From assembly GCA_964636895.1 (NCBI GenBank), contig CAZWUW010000005.1, positions 1 through 59,791 of the forward strand: 59,791 nt of DNA, in the 5' to 3' direction. Every line of letters starts with the position of its first letter. Positions within the stretch are counted from its first letter, which is position 1. The notes beneath the pieces are model-generated. The model was not told where the DNA came from. It made no database searches and worked only from the letters and a program-made list of their open reading frames with translations. A program made the position numbers and the translations under genes. Source of the DNA: an uncultured Eubacteriales bacterium. Lineage in GTDB: Bacteria > Bacillota > Thermincolia > Thermincolales > CAZWUW01. Below, in pieces: positions 9,588 to 19,972 of this stretch.

Positions 9588-11657
9588 TTAATTTTCCTTA
9601 TCCACATTACTCAAAAAACTATTAATTACGGCAATCTGTTTTGTTTGCAGACCGTATAACTGAAATACCAGCCGGTCAATTTCATTAGCTATATTCTGAT
9701 TAACCGGTCCTTTTTGCAACATTTCGGCAAGCATGGTTATTTCGGCGGCCAGTTCACGGTCCTTATGCTCCGGAAGAATCGGCAAGCGGGCCAGGTAAGT
9801 GCTGTTAAACCGGTAATAACCACCTTGCAGGTGCACGGGCCAGTAAAGAATGCGATAATAAAAATCCATTAACTTGGAATTTAAGACAGCACATAAATAA
9901 AACAAGTTATAACTCTCATATAACCCATATACTACATCCTCTTCCCTGATATAATATACCCTGCCCAGGGCACAACCTTCCTCATCCACGGCAGCTTCAA
10001 TTTTCTTAGCCAGGCCGGAAATCACCAGTTTCCGACCGGTAAAAGAATGCCACTGTTTTTTTGTTGAGGCACCGGCCGGTATAAACCCTTCTGCACTGGT
10101 AATAGATTATTTATCTATACAACCTGAGTTTAAGAACTTCCTGTAGTTTGTTTTATACTTATCAGCTAACCGGTCATATGACTGCGCATCAATAACTAAT
10201 TTCGCAAAGCCGGTCTTAGCAATGCCGCATAGAATTTTTTGCACCGGTAAACGCCCTGGTATACGGGAAATTGTTTCCAACACCGGCCAGGTGGCCTGAT
10301 TTATTTTTGGTGTAATTATCATATCATCGAGATTGTGATAAAAGCTTTCAGGGATAATACAACTATTTTTTACGTGAGCCAATTGCTGCAGGTTTGTTAC
10401 TTCTCTGACGGCAACCTGTCCAGCCATATTTTTCCTGCCTTTTTCTATCACCTGGATTACTGGATACACCGCAGCATCTGCAAACACCTTCATTTCCGAC
10501 AAATCAATGAGCTGATGCAAATTATGCCGGGTCAATAATTCCGACCGCAGTTTCCGTCCATAATCGGCAGCTAAATACTTGTTGGAGATAATAAAACACA
10601 GCCGGCCGCCGTCATTTAGGATTTCCAGACCCTTCTCGATAAAGGGAACAATTATATCATACTGTCCATCAACAGTCCGGTAATGCTGATTAATGTACTT
10701 TTTTAACGGCAAAGGCAGGAGTTTATTGGAAATGTATGGAGGATTGCCTATAACCAGGCTAAATCCGGGATTGTAGCCCTGAAAAACTTCAGCAAATTCC
10801 TGCCGCCACTTTATGGTCAGGGCATCACCCAGCCGAATGTTTTTCTGTAATAATTTTTTGCTCTCAACTGCTTCCGAATACGACCCATAACTCAGGGCTA
10901 AACCAATAATAGTCAGGTCTACAGCGCGGGCATCACTGTCCGTCCCGTACAAATGAGCGATGGCGCCGGCAGCAGGGTTAACGCCAATGCAGGCCGGGAG
11001 TTCTGCATAGAATGCTATCAGTTCACGCATCACAGCAGTTAAAAAGGCTGCACTGCCACAAGCCGGATCAAGCACCCGAAACTCTGCCAAATCCTCCAGT
11101 AGCGCTGTAATTTCGGACGATGATTCACGGCGTACAGCTTGCTGCATTTTTAGCCTGTACTCGCTTAGTATTTGGCCCATAGTGAGCTCAACCATATAAT
11201 TCACAATTTCCGGCGGGGTGTAATATGAACCCTGCTTTTTTCTGACCATTGCACCGGATCCTTTTTTTGTTACGGGAACCGGCCTATCCAGCGCGATTTC
11301 ATGCACTGCACCCAATAAGGCCGCCGGATTAGGCCGGTATCTTATCCCTTGCCGGATTTCCCGGACTACAGTATCAGGTATCGGCAAATCCCGGTGGCGG
11401 TCGGTGAACCATGGCAGCAGTTGATTTACCTCACCCATGTAACGGCCAATAATGTTTTGCCAAAGCCGGTCATTTTCACCTGCATCCCCGTCCGGCTTAG
11501 GATCCAGCACCTCCGCCAGGGATTCATTTATTTTACCAGCGATCAGTAAAAAAATCAAAACATCTTCCGCCAGATAATGATTATCCGCTGTCAGAGATTC
11601 AAATATAAGCTTATAGCTATTTTTTAAAAAATTCCGGGCTGCTCCGTCCATTAGCAT
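9588..11657 (-). pseudogene. N6-adenine DNA methyltransferase (Eco57I/TaqI-like) interrupted by one in-frame TAA at 10107-10109
   Basis: GSYYTP, DPACGS, IGNPPY; the 516-aa and 145-aa ORFs are in the same frame with an open 27-codon link; C-terminal part has TaqI-C-like LNSKL..FYY. Confidence 0.75.
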
Positions 11658-11697
11658 CCTCTCCCTGACTAAAAAAAACAGGCTGCCCTGAGGTAGC

Positions 11698-12879
11698 CTA
11701 TAATTCTAAACCAAATTGGTTTTTTGCATGGCTCACTTTAACTACTTTGGCCGGTTCTTTACAATGCCTGGATATATTCAGAAGCATCCCCACTGCAACA
11801 AGTTTGAAAAACAAAGAGGATCCGCCATAACTGATAAAAGGCAGCGTTATTCCCGTGACCGGCATGGAAGATGTGGCTACAGCAATGTTCATCATGGCTT
11901 CAACCAAAATCACGGAGGTCAGACCGCAGGCCATTAAACTGCCAAAAGTATCAGGACAATTTTTGGCTACCCGATAAGCTCTGGCGGCAAATAACACAAA
12001 AAGCACAATAACCATCAAACCACCCAAAAAACCTGCTTCTTCCGTCAAAATGCTAAAAATAAAATCAGTATGTTGTTCAGGCAAATACTTATATTTTTGC
12101 AGGCTTTGACCCAGTCCAACGCCCAAAAAACCTCCGGAGCCAATAGCAAAAAGAGACTGAATAATCTGGTGCCCGGAATCGCTTCTATCCGCCCAGGGGT
12201 CCCAAAATGCAGTGAACCTGCGCATTCTGTAAGAAGCCGATAAAACTGCCGTAACAGCAATCACAATGCCCAGTGATGCCAGGCCAAATAAATGACTTAG
12301 CCTGACACCGCCGGCAAATAACATAATAAAAGCTGTAATGGCTACAGCCATAGCTGTCCCCATGTCTCTTTGCAACAGGATCAGACCCCATATAATACCT
12401 ATTACCAATAATACCGGTACTAATCCATCGTTCAACAACTTCATCTTCTGCTGCTTTTGACTCATAATCCTGGCTAAAACAAGAACCAGCAACAGTTTAA
12501 CCATTTCCGAAGGTTGAAATTTGAATCCGCCAAAATCAATCCAACTACGCGCCCCGTTCACTGGTTCAGTGAATAAGACCACAATTAACAGGATTATTGC
12601 CACAAAAAAACCTGGCAGAGCCATATTTCTGAGTTTGTAATAATCTACCCGGGTAGCCACAATTAAACCGACTAATCCTACCCCGAGCCAAATCAAGTGC
12701 CGGTAAAAATAGAAATATATATTATCTGTACCCTTGGCAGCTGTAACTGCGGAACTCGAGCTCAATACCATAATGATACCGATACCAACCAGTAATAATA
12801 CGGGAATTAGCATATACCAGTCAACAGGACCTTTTGGAGGGTTGGATCTATTCCCGGATAAACGACGTTTCACTGCCAT
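11698..12879 (-). CDS. SEDS family peptidoglycan glycosyltransferase (FtsW/SpoVE/RodA)
   Basis: GARSWI, QPSE, DMGT, YLPEQHTDFIF, LPFISYGGSS. Confidence 0.92.
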   Translation of the reverse strand: MAVKRRLSGNRSNPPKGPVDWYMLIPVLLLVGIGIIMVLSSSSAVTAAKGTDNIYFYFYRHLIWLGVGLVGLIVATRVDYYKLRNMALPGFFVAIILLIVVLFTEPVNGARSWIDFGGFKFQPSEMVKLLLVLVLARIMSQKQQKMKLLNDGLVPVLLVIGIIWGLILLQRDMGTAMAVAITAFIMLFAGGVRLSHLFGLASLGIVIAVTAVLSASYRMRRFTAFWDPWADRSDSGHQIIQSLFAIGSGGFLGVGLGQSLQKYKYLPEQHTDFIFSILTEEAGFLGGLMVIVLFVLFAARAYRVAKNCPDTFGSLMACGLTSVILVEAMMNIAVATSSMPVTGITLPFISYGGSSLFFKLVAVGMLLNISRHCKEPAKVVKVSHAKNQFGLEL

Positions 12880-12916
12880 AATTAATTCCCCTGCCCTAGA
12901 TGGATTTTATTTCTTA

Positions 12917-12944
12917 ATTCCACATGGAGAACAAAAAATCCTCT
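12917..12944 (-). promoter_or_regulatory. sigma-H-like promoter of SEDS gene
   Basis: AGAGGA-N18-GAAT. Confidence 0.5.
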
Positions 12945-12979
12945 CGAACCGGCGTGAATTATCCCCCATTTTCTAAATA

Positions 12980-15900
12980 TTAAAATTTGTCTCCATGCCG
13001 GTGACAGCCAGCAGTAAAACAATTAGTGGGCCATTGTTTGCGGTTCCCCATGTGCCCTTGGCCATGACACCCGCTGCAAAAAAACCTGGCGTCAGCACCG
13101 GTCTTTTTGCTTATGCCGTCAAGATAATTCCAATTGTAAATGAACATGCCCGGCCTGGTTAAAAGGTTATCCGGCGAATTAATCGTGGTTTTCAGGTGAT
13201 AAACATTACCGGCACCGTGTTGTTCATGACAGTTTCGGCATTCCAGTGTACGGCCCTGCTGTACTTGAGCAGTTGCATAGCCGAAGCCGAATACCGGGTC
13301 CTGAATGCTTTTGTTCGGGTTCGGATTGCCTTCCCCGTGCATATCTGCTTTGTTGTCAAAACGCAAATAGAACTTTTCAGCCACATTAGTAAGGCTTGTA
13401 GTAGACTGGATAATTCCCGGAGCGTAAGGCATGGTTTTTTCAGGACCGGGAAAATTTCCGTCATGACATTTTACACAAAAGCTATTCACTGTTCCTTGCC
13501 AAATTTTGTTAGGGGCATCCGGATCGGTAAGTTTAGCTTCCCTGGTAGTGGCATGCGGGTTATGGCAATTACTGCAGGTAATGGCGGCTTGCGTCGCCAA
13601 CTGCGCTTCGGCCCGGACGTCATGGGAGGCCTGCGAGTCGGCAGATGCTGTAAATTGTTCGGCATTATGACAGCGAAAACATAGATTTTCCCGGTCATGG
13701 AGAAGCAGCCGGTCATTGGCAGAGACATGCGGCCGGTGGCAGTTAAGACATTGAATACCGGTGCCGGACGGTGGCTGTGGTAAAACCGTTTTATGAATAC
13801 CGGCCTCAAACAAGGAGCTGACAACCCCGGTCTTAAGCGTGGTATCCCGCCCATGACAACTGTAACAAACTGCATTGCCGCGGAAATTGGTAGTATGCTC
13901 ATAATTATTCATTAACAGCTTGGCATACCTACGGCTGCCATCCGGCTTTTGTTCCTCATAATCAAGCCTTGGTTCATGGCAGCCGGTACATTTTAAAGAC
14001 CCCGGGATATCCGGGTAAATGTTATGATTGGTGCGTGCATTTATCTGTTCCCTGATTAAATCCTTCTGACTGGCGGAACCATCATGACAGGTAAAACATA
14101 GTTTTTGTACCGTTGTTGCTTTAATCTGCAATTCACCAAAACCAGTATGGTTTTTATGGCAAATAGCGCAAACAAAAGTATTTTTACTGCCGTCAAGATG
14201 CGGAGCAGCAGCAAAGGGTTTACCTTCCGGTCGGGCCCAGATTTCGGCTGACTTTTTGCCTTCCACACCATTGACATCAACCGCAGCAACCCGGTAATAA
14301 TAGCTTTGGTAATTATATACCGCCGTATCAACATAGGTATTGATCATAAAATCAAGGGGCACCGGATTCATTAAACTGTATGGACCGCCACTGGTTTCAG
14401 TCCGATAGACGTTATACCCGCCAAAAGATAGATTATTAACAGTATGCCAGTTCAGGTCTACCTGGGTATCACTGTTATATACAGAGATACCTACCGGTGC
14501 ATTCGGAATACCGGTTATCCCCTTATTAGCATAATCTGTTACCGCCACCCCATTCCAATCTGTGTAAGTTAGCGGAAAATTATCGCTTAAAGGTGAAGCC
14601 CCGGCATTGTTAAAGGCAGCTACCTGATAAAAATATGTATTATTAGGCAGCAGCCCAGTATCAACATAGTACGTATCGCCCTGCCGGGATGTTTGACCAA
14701 CCGGCATAAAATATCCGGTGGGAAAACTGCTGCGATAAACATAGTAACCCACGGCCGTGTTCACCTGCTGCCAACTGATACCCACAGACGTAGCATCCAA
14801 GCCCCTAACCACAACACTTGCCGGGGCCGGCGGGGCATAAGTAAAATCCTCTACTGTTGAAAAAACCCACGTTACCGGCGCCGGTAGCCGGTTACCGCTG
14901 ATATCGGCTACACCAGTACCCACATATACCTTAACCTGGCTATTGGCGCTAAAATTAGCCGCCGGCAAAAAAGAAACAGTATTTGTATGCCGGTTATAGG
15001 TAACCTGCCCGGACAAAGCATGATCATATATTTCCCCGTATACTGTCTCACTAACGGAGATATTTGCGGTGTTCATTGCGAATGGCTCCATGGGTTCATT
15101 GAAGGTAACGGAAATAATATCGGCTATCCCATTAGCCGCCGACCTGTCGGCCGGAGTGAACCCCAGTATGGATGGCGGGCTTCGATCCTCTTCCGTGGTA
15201 AATGTCCACGTATAGCCGGTCAGGGAGTTGCCTGCAGGGTCCTGTATACCGTTTGTCAGATTAACGATATATGAAGTATTATATTTTAACGGCCGGGCTG
15301 GTTTAAAAAAAGCTTGATTCAGTTGATGGTCATAAGCTACAACGCCTTCAACCCGGTATATGCTGTTATAAGCTGCGTTATTAACATTTTCATGGATAGT
15401 AAAAGTCGCCTCGTTAAGCGTACTTTCATTCACCGGTTCGCTAAAAACGGCGTCAACTGATGCTGTAACCGCAACCCCCGTCGCCGCGTCAACCGGTGCA
15501 ACGGTTACTACCCGGGGCGGAGTAATGTCACTGTCAACATAATTAACGGTGATATAAAAACTGTCTGCCACCACCAGGATATCATCAGCCGCCCCGATCA
15601 CATTGCGCTGCATTTTTAACTGCAGCAGAGCTATATCTGTCCACATCCATGGCTGGCCGGTAGCCGGATTGACCTCAGCGGTATATGTAAAAGTAGTTAG
15701 TTCCGGTACCTGCTGGGCCGACGCTGCTCTGGCCGAAAACCAACTGACCCCGCTATTGGGACTAAAAAGCAGTTCCCAGGTATCCGGACTCATCCCCGCA
15801 AAATCCCCCTGAGCTGCCACAACATAAGAAAAAGTGATAGCATTGATGATATTCCCGGGCCGGTTTAAACTATACCCGGTAGCAGTTAGGTCATCAACAG

Positions 15901-16126
15901 CACCGGCGGCCAGAGTCGCCACCTTGTTATCCGGCGCACCGGTAACATTGCCGACGTTAGTGGTAACAGTACTCCCGTCAATATACCCGGCGATACCGGC
16001 GGGAGCATAGTCGGTCCACATGCCGGCATACACTTTAGATATAAAGAATGTATTAAAAAGGTAACCCGTGAATACAGCCAGCATTAATATATAAGTTGTT
16101 TTTCCCTTGATCTTTTTACAGTTCAT
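12980..16126 (-). CDS. secreted multiheme c-type cytochrome with Ig-like (Big_5) x2 and fibronectin-III x2 domains; 10 CxxCH + 1 CX4CH
   Basis: Signal peptide; PP.V..V.P...FSEP Big_5 repeats; GY.VYRS..Y.D...YYY.V.A FN3 repeats; heme motifs counted by eye in the C-terminal ~400 aa. Confidence 0.9.
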   Translation of the reverse strand: MNCKKIKGKTTYILMLAVFTGYLFNTFFISKVYAGMWTDYAPAGIAGYIDGSTVTTNVGNVTGAPDNKVATLAAGAVDDLTATGYSLNRPGNIINAITFSYVVAAQGDFAGMSPDTWELLFSPNSGVSWFSARAASAQQVPELTTFTYTAEVNPATGQPWMWTDIALLQLKMQRNVIGAADDILVVADSFYITVNYVDSDITPPRVVTVAPVDAATGVAVTASVDAVFSEPVNESTLNEATFTIHENVNNAAYNSIYRVEGVVAYDHQLNQAFFKPARPLKYNTSYIVNLTNGIQDPAGNSLTGYTWTFTTEEDRSPPSILGFTPADRSAANGIADIISVTFNEPMEPFAMNTANISVSETVYGEIYDHALSGQVTYNRHTNTVSFLPAANFSANSQVKVYVGTGVADISGNRLPAPVTWVFSTVEDFTYAPPAPASVVVRGLDATSVGISWQQVNTAVGYYVYRSSFPTGYFMPVGQTSRQGDTYYVDTGLLPNNTYFYQVAAFNNAGASPLSDNFPLTYTDWNGVAVTDYANKGITGIPNAPVGISVYNSDTQVDLNWHTVNNLSFGGYNVYRTETSGGPYSLMNPVPLDFMINTYVDTAVYNYQSYYYRVAAVDVNGVEGKKSAEIWARPEGKPFAAAPHLDGSKNTFVCAICHKNHTGFGELQIKATTVQKLCFTCHDGSASQKDLIREQINARTNHNIYPDIPGSLKCTGCHEPRLDYEEQKPDGSRRYAKLLMNNYEHTTNFRGNAVCYSCHGRDTTLKTGVVSSLFEAGIHKTVLPQPPSGTGIQCLNCHRPHVSANDRLLLHDRENLCFRCHNAEQFTASADSQASHDVRAEAQLATQAAITCSNCHNPHATTREAKLTDPDAPNKIWQGTVNSFCVKCHDGNFPGPEKTMPYAPGIIQSTTSLTNVAEKFYLRFDNKADMHGEGNPNPNKSIQDPVFGFGYATAQVQQGRTLECRNCHEQHGAGNVYHLKTTINSPDNLLTRPGMFIYNWNYLDGISKKTGADARFFCSGCHGQGHMGNRKQWPTNCFTAGCHRHGDKF

Positions 16127-16206
16127 CAGGTTTCCCCCTGTTAATCAAAAATATATTAAAAAAACTATTATAATTTCTATTTATTGTTATTTTGTTGAAA
16201 AAATGG

Positions 16207-16243
16207 GGGAAAAGGTGTTAAAATGAAGCTAACACCTTTTCCC
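16207..16243 (-). terminator. intrinsic terminator after hexaheme cytochrome
   Basis: GGGAAAAGGTGTTA/TAACACCTTTTCCC inverted repeat with downstream T-run. Confidence 0.75.
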
Positions 16244-16268
16244 ATCCTCAGTTAGCCTGGGTTAGAAA

Positions 16269-17879
16269 TTAAGGTCTGACTCTGTAGTTTAGGAGAGTCT
16301 CATTGATGAACGGAGTACTATCAGATTCAGAAATCTTATCGTGGCAAGCCTGACATACGACACGGTCATCGGCCTTCAGCAAGCTGTTATCCATCCCGCC
16401 GTGTTTGGTATCTATGTCTTTGTTTTTGGCAGAGCTGCCGTGGACATAGTGGCAGGACTGACAAATGACAGTACCGGACCTCATCGGGGTCGTCTGGAAG
16501 CCTTCAATGGAAATATCAAATTTGTTTGCCCAGGGACCGTTCCTGGCATTATCATACCACCATGGATAACCTGCAGTTCCGATAGCATGTCGGAAGGCCT
16601 TGGTGTATGACCCGGACGTAACTCTGGCCGTAGAGCCGTTCATACCATCAGTAGTAAGCAAGTTAAAGCCAACACCGCCGCCCATGTTCTGATAAAAGTC
16701 ATAGTGGCAGGTGCCGCAATAGGTATTCATGCCATAAACATAGTTCACCACTTCGGTTGCGCTATACTTATTGGCAAAAGTCATTACGGTTGGCCGGGCC
16801 ATAATCGGCCGGAACTCAGCACGTAATGTTTTGTTGGCCGGAACGATATACGTATTAAATCTGACAATTGTATAGATAGGTTTCTGAGTTGCCAAATCGG
16901 AGTTATTTGCTATAGTGTTAAGCAGTACCGGTTGACTAATAGGCTGAGTGGTGCCGGGGATAATCTTTTGGGCGCTGCCATCCGCATTTTTGTCTACCTC
17001 GTATACAATAGGCTTGGCAGCCCCTTGCTCAGTTTTCCAGAGTCCGCTAAAGGTAGGCCCGATGATGCCGGCTTTGGGGTCGGCCTTCATCCGCCATATC
17101 TTGCCAAACTCCCAACCGGCTTGTCCAACGGTAAATGTACCGTCTTTGAAAATATTAAGGACTGTACCAGCCGGTACCGGTTCCAGCACACCAAAGACAT
17201 CGTCGTTGGCAGCAATGGTAATAGGCGCGCTCTCGAGCAGCCGGTCATTGCCTCTTTGGTTAACAATACCGGCCCATGCCCCGGTGCCGGTGAAGGCGGT
17301 AGCGGTAACAGTCTGACCATGCGGGTTATGGCAGTTGATACAGTCAAGGTTCCAATTCTTTTCCGGTGCACCACCGGGAGCCGTATCGCTTTCCAAGCCG
17401 TCGCGCATGTGACTGGTGACACTAACAGCAGCAGCAGCTGCATCCGGCAATTTATAGGTTTCAAAACCGCCGGCAGTACTGTTCTTTGTGCCTGCAACTA
17501 ATCCTGCCTGGACGTTATAGTTACTGGAGGTACCGTCATGGCAGGCATAGCAGAGGAAATAATTGCTGGTCCTTCTGATCAGTTTGGCCCCTGCGGCATC
17601 GTGTGTCCTGTGACACTCGGCGCAGGCAAAGGTATTAGTGGTAAAATCACCGTGGGGGTTGTAGCCGACTTGTGCACCGGCCTGGCCCAAAGCATTAAGC
17701 CCTTTATCAATGGCATTATTGGTGACCCGGCCATTATAGGCCTTGTCATATACTGTCGCGGTCGGATCCTGGGCGCTGTAGTCGACATAAAAGTCGCTGG
17801 GGACAGTTGCCCAGGCGGCCGCAGCCATGGCAAACACCATTATGACTGCCATAGCCAGCATCAGAGAAAATCTTTTCAC
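16269..17879 (-). CDS. secreted hexaheme c-type cytochrome, OmcS/CwcA-like motif pattern
   Basis: GTG start after AGAGGAG, signal peptide (AWA), six CxxCH: CAECHRTH, CYACH, CINCHNPH, CGTCH, CQSCHYVH, CQACH. Confidence 0.85.
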   Translation of the reverse strand: MKRFSLMLAMAVIMVFAMAAAAWATVPSDFYVDYSAQDPTATVYDKAYNGRVTNNAIDKGLNALGQAGAQVGYNPHGDFTTNTFACAECHRTHDAAGAKLIRRTSNYFLCYACHDGTSSNYNVQAGLVAGTKNSTAGGFETYKLPDAAAAAVSVTSHMRDGLESDTAPGGAPEKNWNLDCINCHNPHGQTVTATAFTGTGAWAGIVNQRGNDRLLESAPITIAANDDVFGVLEPVPAGTVLNIFKDGTFTVGQAGWEFGKIWRMKADPKAGIIGPTFSGLWKTEQGAAKPIVYEVDKNADGSAQKIIPGTTQPISQPVLLNTIANNSDLATQKPIYTIVRFNTYIVPANKTLRAEFRPIMARPTVMTFANKYSATEVVNYVYGMNTYCGTCHYDFYQNMGGGVGFNLLTTDGMNGSTARVTSGSYTKAFRHAIGTAGYPWWYDNARNGPWANKFDISIEGFQTTPMRSGTVICQSCHYVHGSSAKNKDIDTKHGGMDNSLLKADDRVVCQACHDKISESDSTPFINETLLNYRVRP

Positions 17880-17966
17880 GCCATTCACTCCTCTGTTTTT
17901 TTTATTTGTTAACCCGCAGGCATTATTATTCACCTCCCCTCCACCCAATTTGGGTTATACAAATCA

Positions 17967-19001
17967 TCAAAAACCATACACCGCCACCCGGTTATTGCCT
18001 TTATCAGCAATATAAATCCTGCCCTGGTCATCAATAGCAATATCATTTGCCACATAAAACTGGTCGTTTTCCGGGCCGCTGCTACCAAAAGCAAAAAGCT
18101 GCTTATTTTCCTCCAAATCAAAGACAGTGATAGTGTTGAGGATAGGACTGGCCACATACAACACACCCTTTGGGTCAATACCCAACCCCCGGGGGTTAAT
18201 CAAGGTAGTTGAGTTATTAGTTTGTCCTTCTTCACCTGCTTTTGTTTCTCCGGCCAGCAATTTGATAAACTTGCCGTTTAAATCAAAAATCTGCACCCGG
18301 TTATTGCCGGAATCAGAAATATAGATGCTGTCATCTTTGACCAGGACAGCGTTCGGGTATACCAGCTGGCCGATTTTATTGCCTTTGGTGCCGCCGATTT
18401 TAAATAGCTGCTTTCCTTGCTTATCAAATACCAGCAGGCTGTGCAAACCAGCATCAGTAATATAAACACGGTCAGCGGCAACAAAAATATTGGTGGGTAC
18501 CCGAAAAATCCTTTTTTTCCCTTCACCGCCAAAATACTTTTTAAAATTACCGTTCAAATCAAAAACGGCGACTCTGCCGTTATGCATATCGGCAACATAT
18601 AAATCCGTATTATCAGCCGCCAGGCCATAGGGGTAATTAAGTTTTCCCGCCCCGGCGCCAAATTTGCCAAAAGTAAACAGCGGCCTGCCCTTCATGTCAA
18701 ACACCTGAATCCGGTGATTACCGGCATCACTGACATACAGCCTGTTATTTGCGATTTCAACTCCCATGGGAGTTTTCATTTTACCTTTGGCATCTTCACC
18801 GTAAACGGCAAACAAAAACTTCGGTGATATGGGGCCAATTAACGGGACTGAAACGTAATTCAAAGCTGTCAGCGGATTTAAGCCAAAATAAGCCAGCATG
18901 CCAAAACAGAGTACACCGAAAGCAATTATCCCGGCAATTATTTTTTTAAGGGTCGGTTTCTTTACAAACTTTTCCGCAGTTGCTGTATTAACTGTGTTCA
19001 A
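17967..19001 (-). CDS. membrane-anchored NHL-repeat six-bladed beta-propeller
   Basis: N-terminal TM; repeated P.G....LYV.D.GN.R.QVFD..G units. Confidence 0.9.
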   Translation of the reverse strand: MNTVNTATAEKFVKKPTLKKIIAGIIAFGVLCFGMLAYFGLNPLTALNYVSVPLIGPISPKFLFAVYGEDAKGKMKTPMGVEIANNRLYVSDAGNHRIQVFDMKGRPLFTFGKFGAGAGKLNYPYGLAADNTDLYVADMHNGRVAVFDLNGNFKKYFGGEGKKRIFRVPTNIFVAADRVYITDAGLHSLLVFDKQGKQLFKIGGTKGNKIGQLVYPNAVLVKDDSIYISDSGNNRVQIFDLNGKFIKLLAGETKAGEEGQTNNSTTLINPRGLGIDPKGVLYVASPILNTITVFDLEENKQLFAFGSSGPENDQFYVANDIAIDDQGRIYIADKGNNRVAVYGF

Positions 19002-19016
19002 CTGGCACTACCTCCT

Positions 19017-19655
19017 CTATTTCAACGCCGCTAATGCGGCCTTTGCTTCCTCAAAGCCCGGATCCCTGCGTACAGCCTGAAAATAGTAATCCTTGGCCAT
19101 TTTTTTATTACCCAAGCCCTCATAAGCTTTACCAAGAAAGTAACGTGATTCGTTAGATACCGGTTCCAGATTTAATGCTTTGTTCAAAAACACCTGCGCA
19201 TTTTTATAATCGTTTTTCTTTAAATACGCCACGCCGATATTTAAAAATGATTGATAATGCCTGGGCGATTTGACGGTGATTCTTTTTAAACCCTTAATGG
19301 CTTCGTCATATTTTTCGGTATCAATATACACCAAACTCAGGTTATACAAAGCAGAAAGGTTTTCTTTATCAATTTTAAGAGCCTCTTTGAATGCTTCTTC
19401 GGCATCATTATATTGTTTTAACCGGTGATAACCGGCACCCAGTTCAATAAACTTTTCGGCAGTGCGGTATCCCTGGGCCACCTGTTTTTCCAGATCTTTT
19501 ACCTCCCTGGCCACCAGTGGCGACCGGTCATACTGCAGGCGCAACAAAACCAAGCCCAGGGCCATGTTTACAACAATCACTATTAACACGGTTAATAAGA
19601 TAACAGTTACCGCTTTTTTCATTGGCACTTGCTGAATTTCACCCGTTTTAAGCAT
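19017..19655 (-). CDS. membrane-anchored tetratricopeptide repeat protein
   Basis: N-terminal TM; four TPR-like repeats (LG..Y......A...F..AL..DP). Confidence 0.9.
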   Translation of the reverse strand: MLKTGEIQQVPMKKAVTVILLTVLIVIVVNMALGLVLLRLQYDRSPLVAREVKDLEKQVAQGYRTAEKFIELGAGYHRLKQYNDAEEAFKEALKIDKENLSALYNLSLVYIDTEKYDEAIKGLKRITVKSPRHYQSFLNIGVAYLKKNDYKNAQVFLNKALNLEPVSNESRYFLGKAYEGLGNKKMAKDYYFQAVRRDPGFEEAKAALAALK

Positions 19656-19931
19656 TTTTAGTCACCTCTCTCATTTGATTAATTGTGCGCAAATCTATCC
19701 GGAACAGATTATTCATCCCAGACCCCCTTCCAGTATTTATATATACCTCTACATCAAATATTTTACAGGAAGGATTAACAATAATTTGTCATAATAAAAC
19801 ACCGGAAGTAAAATATTTTTCTTCTTTTTTAAACATTTGTACTTTTTTTCACCACTGTATTCGACAAAACGACGAATATTAAAGGTGAAGGTGTCAGAAT
19901 TTTCTGATTTACGAGCATGGTAGTTGGCCCT

Positions 19932-19972
19932 AATCAAAAACCCTGAGACAAATGTCCCAGGGTTTTTGATTA
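19932..19972 (-). terminator. intrinsic terminator after 725-aa cytochrome
   Basis: AATCAAAAACCCTG...CAGGGTTTTTGATT inverted repeat. Confidence 0.7.

Noticed and set aside
19680-19930. c-di-GMP riboswitch upstream of the TPR-NHL-cytochrome genes
   Set aside because: Class I and class II consensus elements not found by eye
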